64,000 nt of DNA from Parcubacteria group bacterium GW2011_GWC1_36_108 (GCA_000991245.1 LBRD01000001.1:69467-133466); one strand, 5' to 3'. Counted from the first letter of the stretch, positions 19,423 through 29,319 are shown. Numbers and translations: made by a program. Notes: generated from the letters alone by a model not told the origin.

Positions 19423-21270
19423 ATGGAGAATTCTCTAAAAAAACATTACCGCTGGGTTATTTTTGCCATTATGACATTTTTTGTCACAGTGTCTTTGCTT
19501 AATGCGAAAAATGACACAGCCACTTTTGATGAAGTTGCGCACATTCCTGCAGGATACAGCTACATCACCCAGCAGGATATGCGGCTTAATCCTGAACATC
19601 CACCGCTACTCAAAGATTTAATCGGCATTCCACTGGCATTTCTCAATCTCAATTTTGACACAACCAAACAATTTTGGACTGGCGATGGTTTGAACAGGAT
19701 TTGGGATGATGGACAATGGGTTGCCGGCAAACACCTGCTATATGAAGCTGGAAACAATCCTGATCAGATTCTTTTCTGGGCGCGCCTTCCAATTATAATA
19801 ATCTCCGTGCTGCTTGGTTTGTTTCTTTTTATGTGGGGCAAAGAAATTGCCGGGATTCTGGGTGGACTTTTTGTTTTGACCCTATATGCTTTTGATCCAA
19901 ATATTTTGGGACACAATCATTACGTTACCACAGACATCGGAATTGCTGCATTTTTAACTTTTGCTTTTTATTATTTTCTCAAATTCATCAAAAATCCAAC
20001 TTGGAAAAATGCTGCGATTGGCGGAGTTTTTCTGGGTCTCGTGAGCTGCGTGAAGTTTTCATCCATAATGGCTTTTCCAATTCTTGGACTTGTTCTTCTT
20101 GGCTATCCTTTAATTAAAAAAATATCGCACGATGACACCGAAATAAAAGAGAACTTTTTGCGCACAAAGTTATTTTTTTCATATTTAATAAAAAGTCTTG
20201 CAGCTTTCGCAATCTCAATGATTATTGTTTGGATTTTGTATTTCGCAAACACTTTTAATATGCCTCAAGATGTTATTGCTAGACAGATTAATTTTTCCTT
20301 CCCATCTAATGATACAAATCCTCTCAGCATAGCGACCAACAGCGCACTAACAACCCTTAATTCATCCGCATTTCTTCGTCCATACGCTGAATACTTCCTT
20401 GGTGTCACGATGGTGTTCAAACGTGTCGCTGGAGGAAATGGTGCATATTTCTTGAACAATGTTTCCGGCAAGGCATCTCCTGTATATTTCCCATTGGTGT
20501 TTCTACTCAAGGAAACTCTTCCATTTCTAATGCTGATTCTTTTTTCACTGATTTATACTGGAGCACAAATCACAAGAACATTCAAAAGATCAATAACTGA
20601 AAAAAGCATTGGAAAAAATTTCAAACGCTTTTTGCAAACAGGCGTGATGCAATACTCCCTCTTTGGTTTTATTATTCTTTATTCATATCTCAGCATAACC
20701 GGAAATCTAAACATTGGCCTTCGGCATCTCTTTCCGATTATGCCGTTAGCATATTTACTTGTGACTAAAAAAGTTTTTGATTTTCTCAGACACAAGCACT
20801 TTGCCACAAGACACCAACTTCAAATTATTTTTTCCATCCTAATAACTTGGATCGTTATTATCCCAATTTTCAATTATCCAAACTATGTTTCATATTTTAA
20901 TGAATCCATCGGTGGTTCGCAGAACGGATACAAATATGTAACCGATTCAAATGTTGACTGGGGACAAGACTTAGGCAGATTAAAAATATTTTTGGATGAA
21001 AATCCGCAAATAAAAAAGATTAATGTGGATTATTTCGGTGGAGGAAATCCTGCATATTATCTGGGAGATAAATATGTTTCGACTTGGGATTCCAAGCGAC
21101 CAATTGAGACTGGCTGGTATGCCATCTCAACGAATTCACTTCAGACCAGCATATACGACAAAGCCAACAAGACTCCTGCAACAAATTACGCTTGGACACA
21201 GCAATACGAACCAATTGATATGATTGGAAATTCAATTATGATTTATTATGTGCCATTTGCAATAGAATAA
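19423..21270 (+). CDS. GT-C fold glycosyltransferase, protein O-mannosyltransferase (GT39/PMT)-like
   Basis: 615 aa, many TM helices, FDEVAH motif in the first periplasmic loop. Confidence 0.6.
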   Translation: MENSLKKHYRWVIFAIMTFFVTVSLLNAKNDTATFDEVAHIPAGYSYITQQDMRLNPEHPPLLKDLIGIPLAFLNLNFDTTKQFWTGDGLNRIWDDGQWVAGKHLLYEAGNNPDQILFWARLPIIIISVLLGLFLFMWGKEIAGILGGLFVLTLYAFDPNILGHNHYVTTDIGIAAFLTFAFYYFLKFIKNPTWKNAAIGGVFLGLVSCVKFSSIMAFPILGLVLLGYPLIKKISHDDTEIKENFLRTKLFFSYLIKSLAAFAISMIIVWILYFANTFNMPQDVIARQINFSFPSNDTNPLSIATNSALTTLNSSAFLRPYAEYFLGVTMVFKRVAGGNGAYFLNNVSGKASPVYFPLVFLLKETLPFLMLILFSLIYTGAQITRTFKRSITEKSIGKNFKRFLQTGVMQYSLFGFIILYSYLSITGNLNIGLRHLFPIMPLAYLLVTKKVFDFLRHKHFATRHQLQIIFSILITWIVIIPIFNYPNYVSYFNESIGGSQNGYKYVTDSNVDWGQDLGRLKIFLDENPQIKKINVDYFGGGNPAYYLGDKYVSTWDSKRPIETGWYAISTNSLQTSIYDKANKTPATNYAWTQQYEPIDMIGNSIMIYYVPFAIE

Positions 21271-21289
21271 TAAAGAATACCGATGCAAA

Positions 21290-21324
21290 AAAACGCTCCG
21301 AAGAAATTCGTGAGCGTTTTTTAT
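21290..21324 (+). terminator. Rho-independent terminator
   Basis: aacgctc cgaagaaattcgt gagcgtt followed by ttttatt. Confidence 0.55.
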
Positions 21325-21346
21325 TGTACATTTAAATAGATGTGCA

Positions 21347-21419
21347 TTGTCATCCTCAGCTTGACTGGGGATCCAGAGCGATGCCTAGCCCTGGATTCCC
21401 GTTTTCACGGGAATGACAC
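21347..21419. mobile_element. Palindromic element (PE) copy A, intergenic, inverted and diverged
   Basis: ttgtcatcc...ggatccag...ctggattcccgttttcacgggaatgaca; the reverse complement matches the 5' module gtcattcccgtgaaaacgggaatccag of copies B and C. Confidence 0.6.
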
Positions 21420-21469
21420 AGTGGTAATAATTAAGTTAACCTAGTGTTGCGTAACAAGTTACGTAACTT

Positions 21470-22354
21470 TTATTTTACCTCAACATTTTCTGCTTGTGGG
21501 TTTTCATCCACGGGAGGGTCGGTGTTTTTGAATTTATAGAAAACCTTGTTTTCGTTGCGAAGATCGATGTATGCAATTTCTCCTTTCTTATCCTCAGGAA
21601 TTTCTTTTTTCAAAACAGTTTCCAATGTTCTTATTGCTGAATCCAAGGAGAATTGAGTTGAAAAATAAAATTCTGTTTCCTGATTTGTTTTCACATTGAT
21701 TTCTTCAGCCATTCTTGATGGCGTGAAATATTGTCCAGTTGCCTCAAAACCAAGAGCTGCCAAAGAATCCTTGATGGCAAGTGCGTATTGTTCGTAAGAA
21801 GGTTCAATTATTTTGTCGCCAATTGTCACATCCCTCCTATTGGTTTCATTTATTTGCAACAGATTATTACCCATAAGATCTGGCGAGGAAAAATCAGCTT
21901 CGCTATATGCCGTGCCATTTTCATCAAGCAAATAACATTTTTCACTGCTACACCAAACCAGCAATGCTTTTCGTTCGTCGATTTCTATGCTCACAGTGTC
22001 TGGAAATTTTTTAATCACACTCAGTGTGCGAATTTTTTTAAATTTATCATTCAAAAGATTTTCAAACTTTCTTTGCGAAACAAACAAAAAATTATTTCTT
22101 GGAATTATTCCCAAGTATTTTCCTTGTAGCGAATCACTAACAATCTGTTGAATTTCCTGCCCATTAAGTTCTTTTGTGCCTAAAACTGTAATGTTTACGA
22201 TTTGAAGATGTTGAGAAAAAAATACGACATATCCCGTCACACCGATAAAACAAACCAGCAACGTATAGAAAATAAACACCGAGAAAAATCGTGAAGACTT
22301 TTTTTCTTCCTCGCAATCATTTCCTGTGCAATTTTTAATATATTTTCTCGACAT
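21470..22354 (-). CDS. ftsQ: Cell division protein FtsQ/DivIB-like
   Basis: 294 aa; short cytoplasmic N-terminus, single TM, POTRA-like region (HLQIVNITVLGTKELNGQEIQ). Confidence 0.5.
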   Translation of the reverse strand: MSRKYIKNCTGNDCEEEKKSSRFFSVFIFYTLLVCFIGVTGYVVFFSQHLQIVNITVLGTKELNGQEIQQIVSDSLQGKYLGIIPRNNFLFVSQRKFENLLNDKFKKIRTLSVIKKFPDTVSIEIDERKALLVWCSSEKCYLLDENGTAYSEADFSSPDLMGNNLLQINETNRRDVTIGDKIIEPSYEQYALAIKDSLAALGFEATGQYFTPSRMAEEINVKTNQETEFYFSTQFSLDSAIRTLETVLKKEIPEDKKGEIAYIDLRNENKVFYKFKNTDPPVDENPQAENVEVK

Positions 22355-22395
22355 TTTCGTATTAATTTTAATTTGTATTTATATCCGAGTGACAA

Positions 22396-23295
22396 CTACA
22401 TATCCATAAACAAGGTTTCCAAAATAAGTCTACTATTAGCGTTAGTCCTTTTCAAGACTGTCATAGCTTTCTGAATTTTTTCAATGATAGCACACGCTCT
22501 ATTACTTTCTATTTGATTTACATCAACAGCAATCTTTCTAATCTCCCAAAGCCAAACATTCAGCTTATCAAGAGTTCGAACCGCATCTTTGGAAAGTTCT
22601 TCCGCTAACTTGAATTTTTCATTCAATGTCCCCTTTCTTATTTTTTCAAGTTCCATTAGAGCATTAGTTCTAAAAAGTTTTTCCTCATTATGCTCGCTTA
22701 AATATTGCGCCAAGCCAGGTCTGCCGATAGAAAGTTCCACACAATCTTTTTGAAAAGAAAAATTTTCTGCAAAACCAACTTGCATATCCTCATCATCAAC
22801 CAAGCCAAAATTAATAACTTGCAAACGCGAAAGGATGGTAGGCAGAATCCTATCAATTTCATTGGTTATTAAAATTAAAATAGTTGTCGGATTAGGCTCT
22901 TCAAGAATTTTCAATAATGCGTTTTGACAACCATTTGTCATACGATGAGCATCGTTAACGATAAGAACCTTATATTTTCCGTGATAAGGAAACAAACTCA
23001 AACTAAGCTTGGCGTCCCTTATTGATTCGATTGAAATGTCGCGCTGTTTTGAAATGCCATTTTTCTCAGTAATCTCCGGCTCCACAATTACCAAATCAAG
23101 CATTGCATCCTTATCCACATTATCAATATCCAAATTTAATTCACTGCCGGAAATAGCACCAAGTGCAAACATTTTTGCCAAAGTAAATTTTCCAACCTTT
23201 TCCGGCCCAGAAAAAAGATACGCGTGATTAAGTGTAGCATTTTGGATGCTTCTTTGAAGAATATCAACTGCTTTTTTGTTACCAATGAAATCCAT
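22396..23295 (-). CDS. holB: DNA polymerase III delta' subunit
   Basis: 299 aa; AAA+ P-loop-like HAYLFSGPEKVGKFTLAKMFA, typical clamp-loader size. Confidence 0.65.
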   Translation of the reverse strand: MDFIGNKKAVDILQRSIQNATLNHAYLFSGPEKVGKFTLAKMFALGAISGSELNLDIDNVDKDAMLDLVIVEPEITEKNGISKQRDISIESIRDAKLSLSLFPYHGKYKVLIVNDAHRMTNGCQNALLKILEEPNPTTILILITNEIDRILPTILSRLQVINFGLVDDEDMQVGFAENFSFQKDCVELSIGRPGLAQYLSEHNEEKLFRTNALMELEKIRKGTLNEKFKLAEELSKDAVRTLDKLNVWLWEIRKIAVDVNQIESNRACAIIEKIQKAMTVLKRTNANSRLILETLFMDM

Positions 23296-23392
23296 TCAAC
23301 CATGTAGCATGTAGCATGTAGCATGTAGCAAGAGCTTTTTAAAACTCTCCGCATTTTTGTTATATGTTATATGTTGTATGTTATATGATTAA
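23296..23392. repeat. Tandem heptamer arrays (catgtag)x4 and (atgttat)-type
   Basis: catgtagcatgtagcatgtagcatgtagca ... atgttatatgttgtatgttatatg. Confidence 0.7.
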
Positions 23393-24512
23393 CATATTCC
23401 CCAAACTCATGTCTAAACCTTTCTCTCGAAAATTCTTCTCCTCTTTTTCTGATCACATTTTTATCATATTTATCTTTGCTATCCAAAAATCTCCTCACAC
23501 CATCTGCCAACACTTCTGGTGTCTGAGCATCAAAAAATTCTCCAGTAATTCCCTCTTGCACTGTTTCTTGCGCGCCACCTTTTCGATATGCAATCACAGG
23601 CACACCAGCGAGCATCGCTTCCACTGGCGCAATACCAAAATCATCTTCTGTTGGAAAAATAAAAGCTGCAGCATTTTGATAATATTGCGAAACGGCTGAA
23701 TCATCTTGCCAACCCAAAATGTGCACATTTTCTTTGGCAATTTTCCTCAAGTATTTTTCCTGCTCTCCAGTTCCAATAACAACCAAAGGAAGTCCGAGCT
23801 TATTAAAAGCCTCCACCACCAAATCAACTTTTTTGTATGGAGAAAGACGAGAAACAACTAGAAAATAGGATTTGGGTTTTAGGTTGTAGGTTGTAGGTTT
23901 AGATTGTTTTTCTAATTCCAAATTCCTATTTCCTAATTCCTGATTTACTGGTGGATATATGACTTTACTATCGCGTCTATAATATTTATCTACACGTTGT
24001 TGAGTATATTTCGAATTTGCAATCAGAAAATCCGGCCTGTCCGCTGCCAAGCGATCCCACACGCGCAGATAATTAAAAACTATTCTCGTCAAAAAATTCA
24101 TCCTTCTATGTTCAGTTTCTTTGACATATCTTTCATTATAATCCCAAACAAAACGCATTGGAGAATGAAGATATGCGATATGCACGGTGTCTAATTTTGT
24201 CACAATCCCTTTGCTCCAAGCACCAGAAGATGAAATGACCAAATCATATTCTCGAAGATCAAATGTTTCTGGAATTACTGGGAAAAATGGCAGCAAAAAA
24301 CGATATCTTTTTTTCAAAAAATTTGGGAATTTTTGCAAATATGATGGTCTGATATCTTTCCCCTCAAACAAACCTTTCATTTTTTCTTTATCATACAGCA
24401 ACGTGAAAATTGGCGCCTCTGGATACATATCTGAAAGCTCTTTCAGCACTCTCTCCGCTCCGCCCTGCTGAACAAGGAAGTCGTGGACCAACGCAACCCT
24501 TAATTTATCCAT
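23367..24512 (-). CDS. GT4-family glycosyltransferase
   Basis: 381 aa; EDDFGIAPVEAMLAGVPVIAY (E-x7-E). Contains an in-frame simple repeat (ggttgtaggttgtaggtt giving KPTTYNLKPK). Confidence 0.65.
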   Translation of the reverse strand: MDKLRVALVHDFLVQQGGAERVLKELSDMYPEAPIFTLLYDKEKMKGLFEGKDIRPSYLQKFPNFLKKRYRFLLPFFPVIPETFDLREYDLVISSSGAWSKGIVTKLDTVHIAYLHSPMRFVWDYNERYVKETEHRRMNFLTRIVFNYLRVWDRLAADRPDFLIANSKYTQQRVDKYYRRDSKVIYPPVNQELGNRNLELEKQSKPTTYNLKPKSYFLVVSRLSPYKKVDLVVEAFNKLGLPLVVIGTGEQEKYLRKIAKENVHILGWQDDSAVSQYYQNAAAFIFPTEDDFGIAPVEAMLAGVPVIAYRKGGAQETVQEGITGEFFDAQTPEVLADGVRRFLDSKDKYDKNVIRKRGEEFSRERFRHEFGEYVNHITYNI

Positions 24513-24524
24513 AAAAAATGATTC

Positions 24525-25796
24525 TTAATTCTTTTTTAACAATATTTGGGATATTTCCTGTGCACATTTCTCCCAACTGAACCTTTTCACGTTCTCCAAT
24601 CCTTTCTGTATTATAGCATTTTTTAGGGTTTCGTCCGAGATGAGCTTAAAAATATTTTCGGCAATGTCCTGAGGGTTTTGGGGATCGACCAAGAGGGCTG
24701 AGCAATATCCGTTGTCATTCCCGTGAAAACGGGAATCCAGACCCTCTCCTGCATGCTTAGCCCTGGATTCCGGATCAAGTCCGGAATGACAAGATGCAAC
24801 CTCAGGAATAGATGAATTATTGCTAGCCACGACAGGGCAACCAACACTTTGCGCTTCCAAAACAGGAATTCCAAATCCCTCATACAGGGTTGGAAAAACG
24901 AAAACATCCGCCTTTTTTAATAATTCCCATTTTTCTTCTTCACTCACAAAACCAAGCTCGACAATGTCGTCGCAACATTTAACCTTTGACATTTGACTTT
25001 TGACATCTTGATAACCAAATCCAGACTTCCCAGCAAGAACTAGTTTGTGCGGAATATTATATTTCTCTTTCAAAATCTCAAAAGCCTTAACAATATTGGA
25101 AATATTTTTTCTTTCCTCAATGCGACCAATAAATAAAAGAAATTTCGAATTTCGAATTTCGAATTTCGATTGAATTTCTAATGTTTTAATTTTTGAAATT
25201 TGATCATTTGGATTTGATTGGAAATTGGAAATTGGAAATTGGAAATTCCGCTCCCCGCGGCTATACCCTTCGTAAATTACAGATATTTTTTTACTATCCA
25301 CGTTATATAATCTTTGCAAATCAAGCTTTGTATTATTCGACACTGCAATAATTGAACTCGCCCACTGACATGATTTCTTAATCGTTCCGCGCATATAAAT
25401 TCTTTCCCAAGAAGAATATGCTTTTGGACAAAATTCATATTCCAAACCGTGAATCACAACTATTGTTTTTTTGGGATGGATGATTGGAACAGTGTGCGCA
25501 GGAATAAAAAGCACATCAACCGGATGCAACAACATTTCCAAAGACAAGCCAATCTGCGTCCAAAATCTAGGAAATTTAATGACCTTTATTTGCCAACTTT
25601 TTGGCAATTCCAAATCATTAATTTTAACAACTCCGTTGTAAGTTGTAAGTTGTAAGTTGTTAGTTTTTTTAACATACAAAATAACCCGCTGATCATTTAA
25701 TTTATCACGCAGGTTTTTAATAACTTGATATGAATATTCTTCAATTCCAGTTCTGTTTTTTATAAAAGCCCGAGAGCCATCGATTCCTATGATCAT
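24525..25796 (-). CDS. GT4-family glycosyltransferase carrying a palindromic-element insertion and several in-frame oligomer-repeat insertions
   Basis: YEGFGIPVLEAQSVGCPVVAS GT4 motif. Likely start at MIIGIDGSRAF (25796); the ORF-track start at 25838 would read through repeat DNA. In-frame inserts: element copy B (CHSGLDPESR...LDSRFHGND), cgaatttc x3, ttggaaa x4, ttgtaag x3. Confidence 0.6.
   Translation of the reverse strand: MIIGIDGSRAFIKNRTGIEEYSYQVIKNLRDKLNDQRVILYVKKTNNLQLTTYNGVVKINDLELPKSWQIKVIKFPRFWTQIGLSLEMLLHPVDVLFIPAHTVPIIHPKKTIVVIHGLEYEFCPKAYSSWERIYMRGTIKKSCQWASSIIAVSNNTKLDLQRLYNVDSKKISVIYEGYSRGERNFQFPISNFQSNPNDQISKIKTLEIQSKFEIRNSKFLLFIGRIEERKNISNIVKAFEILKEKYNIPHKLVLAGKSGFGYQDVKSQMSKVKCCDDIVELGFVSEEEKWELLKKADVFVFPTLYEGFGIPVLEAQSVGCPVVASNNSSIPEVASCHSGLDPESRAKHAGEGLDSRFHGNDNGYCSALLVDPQNPQDIAENIFKLISDETLKNAIIQKGLENVKRFSWEKCAQEISQILLKKN
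24712..24792. mobile_element. Palindromic element copy B, 81 nt, inserted in frame in the GT4 gene
   Basis: TIR ttgtcattcc/ggaatgacaa; hairpin modules cccgtgaaaacggg and ccggatcaagtccgg; ggaatccag/ctggattcc. Confidence 0.7.
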
Positions 25797-25891
25797 TATA
25801 CGAATTATGCAAATTAATGCTAATACACGAATATGCAAATTAATTCATTCGCATATTTGCATCATTTGCATTCATTCGCGTATTAGTATCA
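25797..25891. repeat. Palindromic octamer array, family R
   Basis: cgaattatgcaaattaatgctaatacacgaatatgcaaattaatt | cattcgcatatttgcatcatttgcattcattcgcgtattagtat. Confidence 0.7.
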
Positions 25892-26899
25892 TTATTTACT
25901 AAGTGTAATCGTCCTTTTATACACCTCAAGATTATCAAGAGCAATTCCAATTCCTTTAATCACGCAAAACAATGGATCATCAGCAACATAGCAAGGAACA
26001 CCAATCGTTTTTGTGATCAACTGATCAAGATTGCGAAGCAGTGCTCCACCACCAGAAAGGATCATTCCCTTATCCATAATATCAGCAGCTAATTCTGGAG
26101 GAGTTTCTTGAAAAACTTTTTTAATGGCATTTATCACTTCTCGCAGCTCATCTTGCAAAGCTTCTGTCACTTCATTGGAAGAAATTTTAATTGTCTTTGG
26201 CAGTCCACCCATCAAGTCGCGTCCGCGCACTTCCATATGTTCTTCTTTAACTTGTGCAATTGCAGATCCAATTTCTTTTTTAATATCCTCAGCAGTTCTA
26301 TCACCAACTGCCAAACCATATTTTCGTTTAATATAATCAGAAATAGCTTGATCAAATTTATTGCCTCCCACGCGTGCACTGTGCGCTGCCACAACGCCGC
26401 CCAACGAAATTACTGCGATTTCAGATGTACCACCACCGATATTAATAATCATATTACCAGAAGCGTTGTGAATCGGAATTCCAGCACCGATTGCAGCCAA
26501 GAGTGGCTCCTTCACAACGTACGCTGATTTTGCTCCAGCTTTCACAGCCGCATCAATCACTGCACGACGTTCAGTTGAAGTCACTCCTGCCGGAATTGAA
26601 ATCATAATTTCCGGTTTGAAAATTCGAACTTTGCCAGTCACTTTATTGATAAAATATTTCAACATAGCTTCCGTCACGCGATAATCTGCAATCACACCAT
26701 CCTTCATTGGACGAGATGCCACAATATTATCCGGTGTGCGCCCAAGCATTTCGCGCGCTTGATTCCCCACCGCCAAAACAATATTCTCTATCGGAGAAAC
26801 TGCCACCACCGATGGCTCATTCACAACAATTCCTTTGCCGGGTATAAAAACCAAGGTGTTTGCTGTGCCAAGATCAATTCCAATTCTTCGTATAAACAT
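25892..26899 (-). CDS. mreB: Rod-shape-determining protein MreB
   Basis: 335 aa; IGIDLGTANTLVF actin-fold phosphate-1 motif, typical length. Confidence 0.9.
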   Translation of the reverse strand: MFIRRIGIDLGTANTLVFIPGKGIVVNEPSVVAVSPIENIVLAVGNQAREMLGRTPDNIVASRPMKDGVIADYRVTEAMLKYFINKVTGKVRIFKPEIMISIPAGVTSTERRAVIDAAVKAGAKSAYVVKEPLLAAIGAGIPIHNASGNMIINIGGGTSEIAVISLGGVVAAHSARVGGNKFDQAISDYIKRKYGLAVGDRTAEDIKKEIGSAIAQVKEEHMEVRGRDLMGGLPKTIKISSNEVTEALQDELREVINAIKKVFQETPPELAADIMDKGMILSGGGALLRNLDQLITKTIGVPCYVADDPLFCVIKGIGIALDNLEVYKRTITLSK

Positions 26900-26904
26900 A
26901 AGCG

Positions 26905-27005
26905 TAAAAAATTTCTAATTACTAATTTCTAATTTCTAAACAATTTCCAATGATTCAATTTTTAAATCCTAATTTCTAATTTCTAATTCCTAACTCCTAA
27001 AATCT
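26905..27005. repeat. Tandem (ctaattt/ctaattc)n array
   Basis: taattactaatttctaatttctaaa...cctaatttctaatttctaattcctaactcctaaaatc; extends into the 3' end of the next CDS. Confidence 0.65.
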
Positions 27006-27316
27006 GACACTCTAAAATTTCCGTTTTCTAATTTTCTTTTTTCCCTGCTCATTATTTTTGCGTGCTTTTTCCAGAACGCTTCTTCAAATTCTTCAACAGG
27101 AATTCCAGTACTAATCAAATTTCCTAAAATCAAAACAACCAAATCAACATTTTCCTCTATAAATTCTTCTCTTGATTTCCCTTTCGTCACAGCCTGCGCC
27201 AACTCACCCAATTCCTCAGTCATCAAATTCAAACGAAATTGCATATCCTCATTATTCGTCCCCTTCATTTCATTCTTCTTATGAAATTCCACAATCGCAT
27301 TATAAAATTTTTCCAT
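26990..27316 (-). CDS. MazG-like nucleotide pyrophosphohydrolase (small all-alpha NTP-PPase)
   Basis: 108 aa; EELGELAQAV (EExxE) metal-binding helix. Confidence 0.5.
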   Translation of the reverse strand: MEKFYNAIVEFHKKNEMKGTNNEDMQFRLNLMTEELGELAQAVTKGKSREEFIEENVDLVVLILGNLISTGIPVEEFEEAFWKKHAKIMSREKRKLENGNFRVSDFRS

Positions 27317-27321
27317 AATAT

Positions 27322-27768
27322 TTATAATTTAATATATTTCTTTTCTAAATAACTATTAATGGTACCTTTTGTTGTCTGCGTAAGTTTATTCGGAAGATTA
27401 TCAAGAGAAAACCAACCAATTTCGTCGCATTTTTCTGGCTCCATAATTTTCGGGATTCCTTTTTTAATTTTAGCTAAAAATGGAATTGCCATCCAATGCT
27501 GTTGTTCTTTTTTTAAAATGTGATCAATATGTGAAACCTCAGCCCAGATGTCTATATCTATACCAAGCTCTTCTTTAATTTCTCTCTTAGTTGCAACAAT
27601 TGCTTTCTCATTAAAATCAACTGCTCCGCCAGGCTGCGACCACCAAAGTGCTTGATTCTTTGAATTTTTGCTTCGCTTCATTAATAATACCTCTTTTTTA
27701 TTGTTAAAGATAAGTGCTCCGCACCCAACCCCAATACAATGTTTTCCAATTTTAAATTCTTTTTCCAT
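27322..27768 (-). CDS. NUDIX hydrolase
   Basis: Nudix box GGAVDFNEKAIVATKREIKEELGI. Start placed at MEKEFKIGKHCIG; the ORF-track start at 27816 lies inside the hairpin element. Confidence 0.65.
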   Translation of the reverse strand: MEKEFKIGKHCIGVGCGALIFNNKKEVLLMKRSKNSKNQALWWSQPGGAVDFNEKAIVATKREIKEELGIDIDIWAEVSHIDHILKKEQQHWMAIPFLAKIKKGIPKIMEPEKCDEIGWFSLDNLPNKLTQTTKGTINSYLEKKYIKL

Positions 27769-27800
27769 ATTTTTTATAAATCTTTTGAATGGTGGGCATA

Positions 27801-27896
27801 CTTTTTCTTTTTTCACTTAAAACAAGTCTCCTTGGTGTTAATTTTAAAAAGTTGCAATTGTTTTTCTGTGATAAAAAGAAAAATGTATGCGAACAA
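27801..27896. repeat. Copy 2 of the ~95-nt hairpin element
   Basis: ctttttcttttttcacttaaaacaagtctccttggtgtta...aaaagttgcaattgtttttctgtgataaaaagaaaaa; matches 7474-7566. Confidence 0.6.
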
Positions 27897-27915
27897 CTAA
27901 AGCACAGAAACAAAA

Positions 27916-29181
27916 CTATTTTGAAACCCTTTTAATGTCCGCACCAAGTGCAGCTAGGCGCTCTTCGATCCTTTCATATCCACGGTCAACTTGATAAATT
28001 TCATCGATAGTTGTGGTTCCCTTGGCGCAAAGTGCGGCAATGATAAGCGATGCTCCGGCGCGAAGGTCAAAACTTTTGATTGAACTACCTTTCAATTGAA
28101 CCGGTCCGGTAATAATAGCTTGATGAGGATTAAGAATTCTAGAATGAGCCCCCATCTTTTCCAGCTCGCTCAGATAATTAAATCGTCCTTCAAAAATTGT
28201 GTCGAAAATCAAAGTCTGCCCTTCAGCTTGCGTCGCCAAAACTCCAAGAGGCTGCTGCACATCAGAAGGCACTCCGGGATAAGTGCGAGTGTCAATTTTC
28301 TCAATCGCAAACAATTTTTCTTGCGGAATAACTGTAATTGAATTTTCCTTAATTTCAAAAGCCGCTCCAAATTGTCTGAGTCTTTCTAGGACAATATCCA
28401 GATTTTCTTCGCGCGCGTTATTAACAGTAATTGGACTTTTTGTTGCCACACCCATAATTAAAAATGTTGCAGCCTCATTAGCATCAGGAATTATTTCATG
28501 CTTAGCGCCAGAAAGTTTTTCATTTCCAATGATTTCCAAAGTATGCGCTCCAAGTCCTGTTATTTTCGCTCCCATTGAAATCAAAAATCTTCCAAGATCT
28601 TCCACGTGAGGTTCAGCGGCTGCAATTTTTATGATTGTTTTCCCAGGAAGTGACGCAGCCAGCATCATTGCATTTTCTGTGGCTGTAACTGAAAATTCTC
28701 GCAGCACCACCTTACCCGCCTTTCGAGAGCTGGCATCAACAATATAGCAATTTTCATCTTGCGTTATGCTTACACCCATTTTTTCCAGCGCGTCAAAATG
28801 TGTTCCGACAGGACGCTTGCCAATCGTGCAACCACCGGGATGAGCAATTCTAAATTTGTCAGCGCGCGCACTCAAACTACCCAGCAACAAAATTGATGAA
28901 CGGAGTTTTTTCACAATTTGTAAATCTATTTTTTCACTTTCAAGATCCTTGGCGCAAATTCTCACTGTTCGCTCGCCTTCCCAAACAACCGTCACATTCA
29001 TACTTTCCAAAATTTCAAGCATTCGATACACATCTTCAATAAGCGGTATATTAGAAATAACACATTCCTCTTTAGTCAAAAGTGTGGCAGCCAAAATAGG
29101 AGTAGTCGCATTTTTTGACCCCCTCACGTCGATTGACCCTAGGAGTGTTTTACCCCCAGTAATTTCAAAATATTCAGTCAT
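27916..29181 (-). CDS. murA: UDP-N-acetylglucosamine 1-carboxyvinyltransferase
   Basis: 421 aa; N-terminal MTEYFEITGGKTLLGSIDVRGSKNA. Confidence 0.9.
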   Translation of the reverse strand: MTEYFEITGGKTLLGSIDVRGSKNATTPILAATLLTKEECVISNIPLIEDVYRMLEILESMNVTVVWEGERTVRICAKDLESEKIDLQIVKKLRSSILLLGSLSARADKFRIAHPGGCTIGKRPVGTHFDALEKMGVSITQDENCYIVDASSRKAGKVVLREFSVTATENAMMLAASLPGKTIIKIAAAEPHVEDLGRFLISMGAKITGLGAHTLEIIGNEKLSGAKHEIIPDANEAATFLIMGVATKSPITVNNAREENLDIVLERLRQFGAAFEIKENSITVIPQEKLFAIEKIDTRTYPGVPSDVQQPLGVLATQAEGQTLIFDTIFEGRFNYLSELEKMGAHSRILNPHQAIITGPVQLKGSSIKSFDLRAGASLIIAALCAKGTTTIDEIYQVDRGYERIEERLAALGADIKRVSK

Positions 29182-29319
29182 ATTTGTCTGTTTTAAGCCT
29201 AAATTAAGTCGTACTTAACTACAAACTAATTATACAGGTCTTGGGTTTTTTTTCAAGTAAAAAGACGCTCAGAGTAGAGCGTCTTTTTGTGTTTCCTTTA
29301 TTCAAAAATTTTAACAATT

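Noticed and set aside
24623-24907. 94-aa and 88-aa ORFs (also 62160..62426) overlapping the palindromic elements
   Set aside because: They are alternative-frame readings of the palindromic element inside longer, motif-supported genes (GT4, methyltransferase).
25797-25838. ORF-track N-terminal extensions of GT4, secE, rplA, the NUDIX gene and rnhB into repeat arrays or elements
   Set aside because: The extra N-terminal residues are encoded by oligomer arrays or hairpin elements and are absent from canonical family members, so internal Met starts were preferred.
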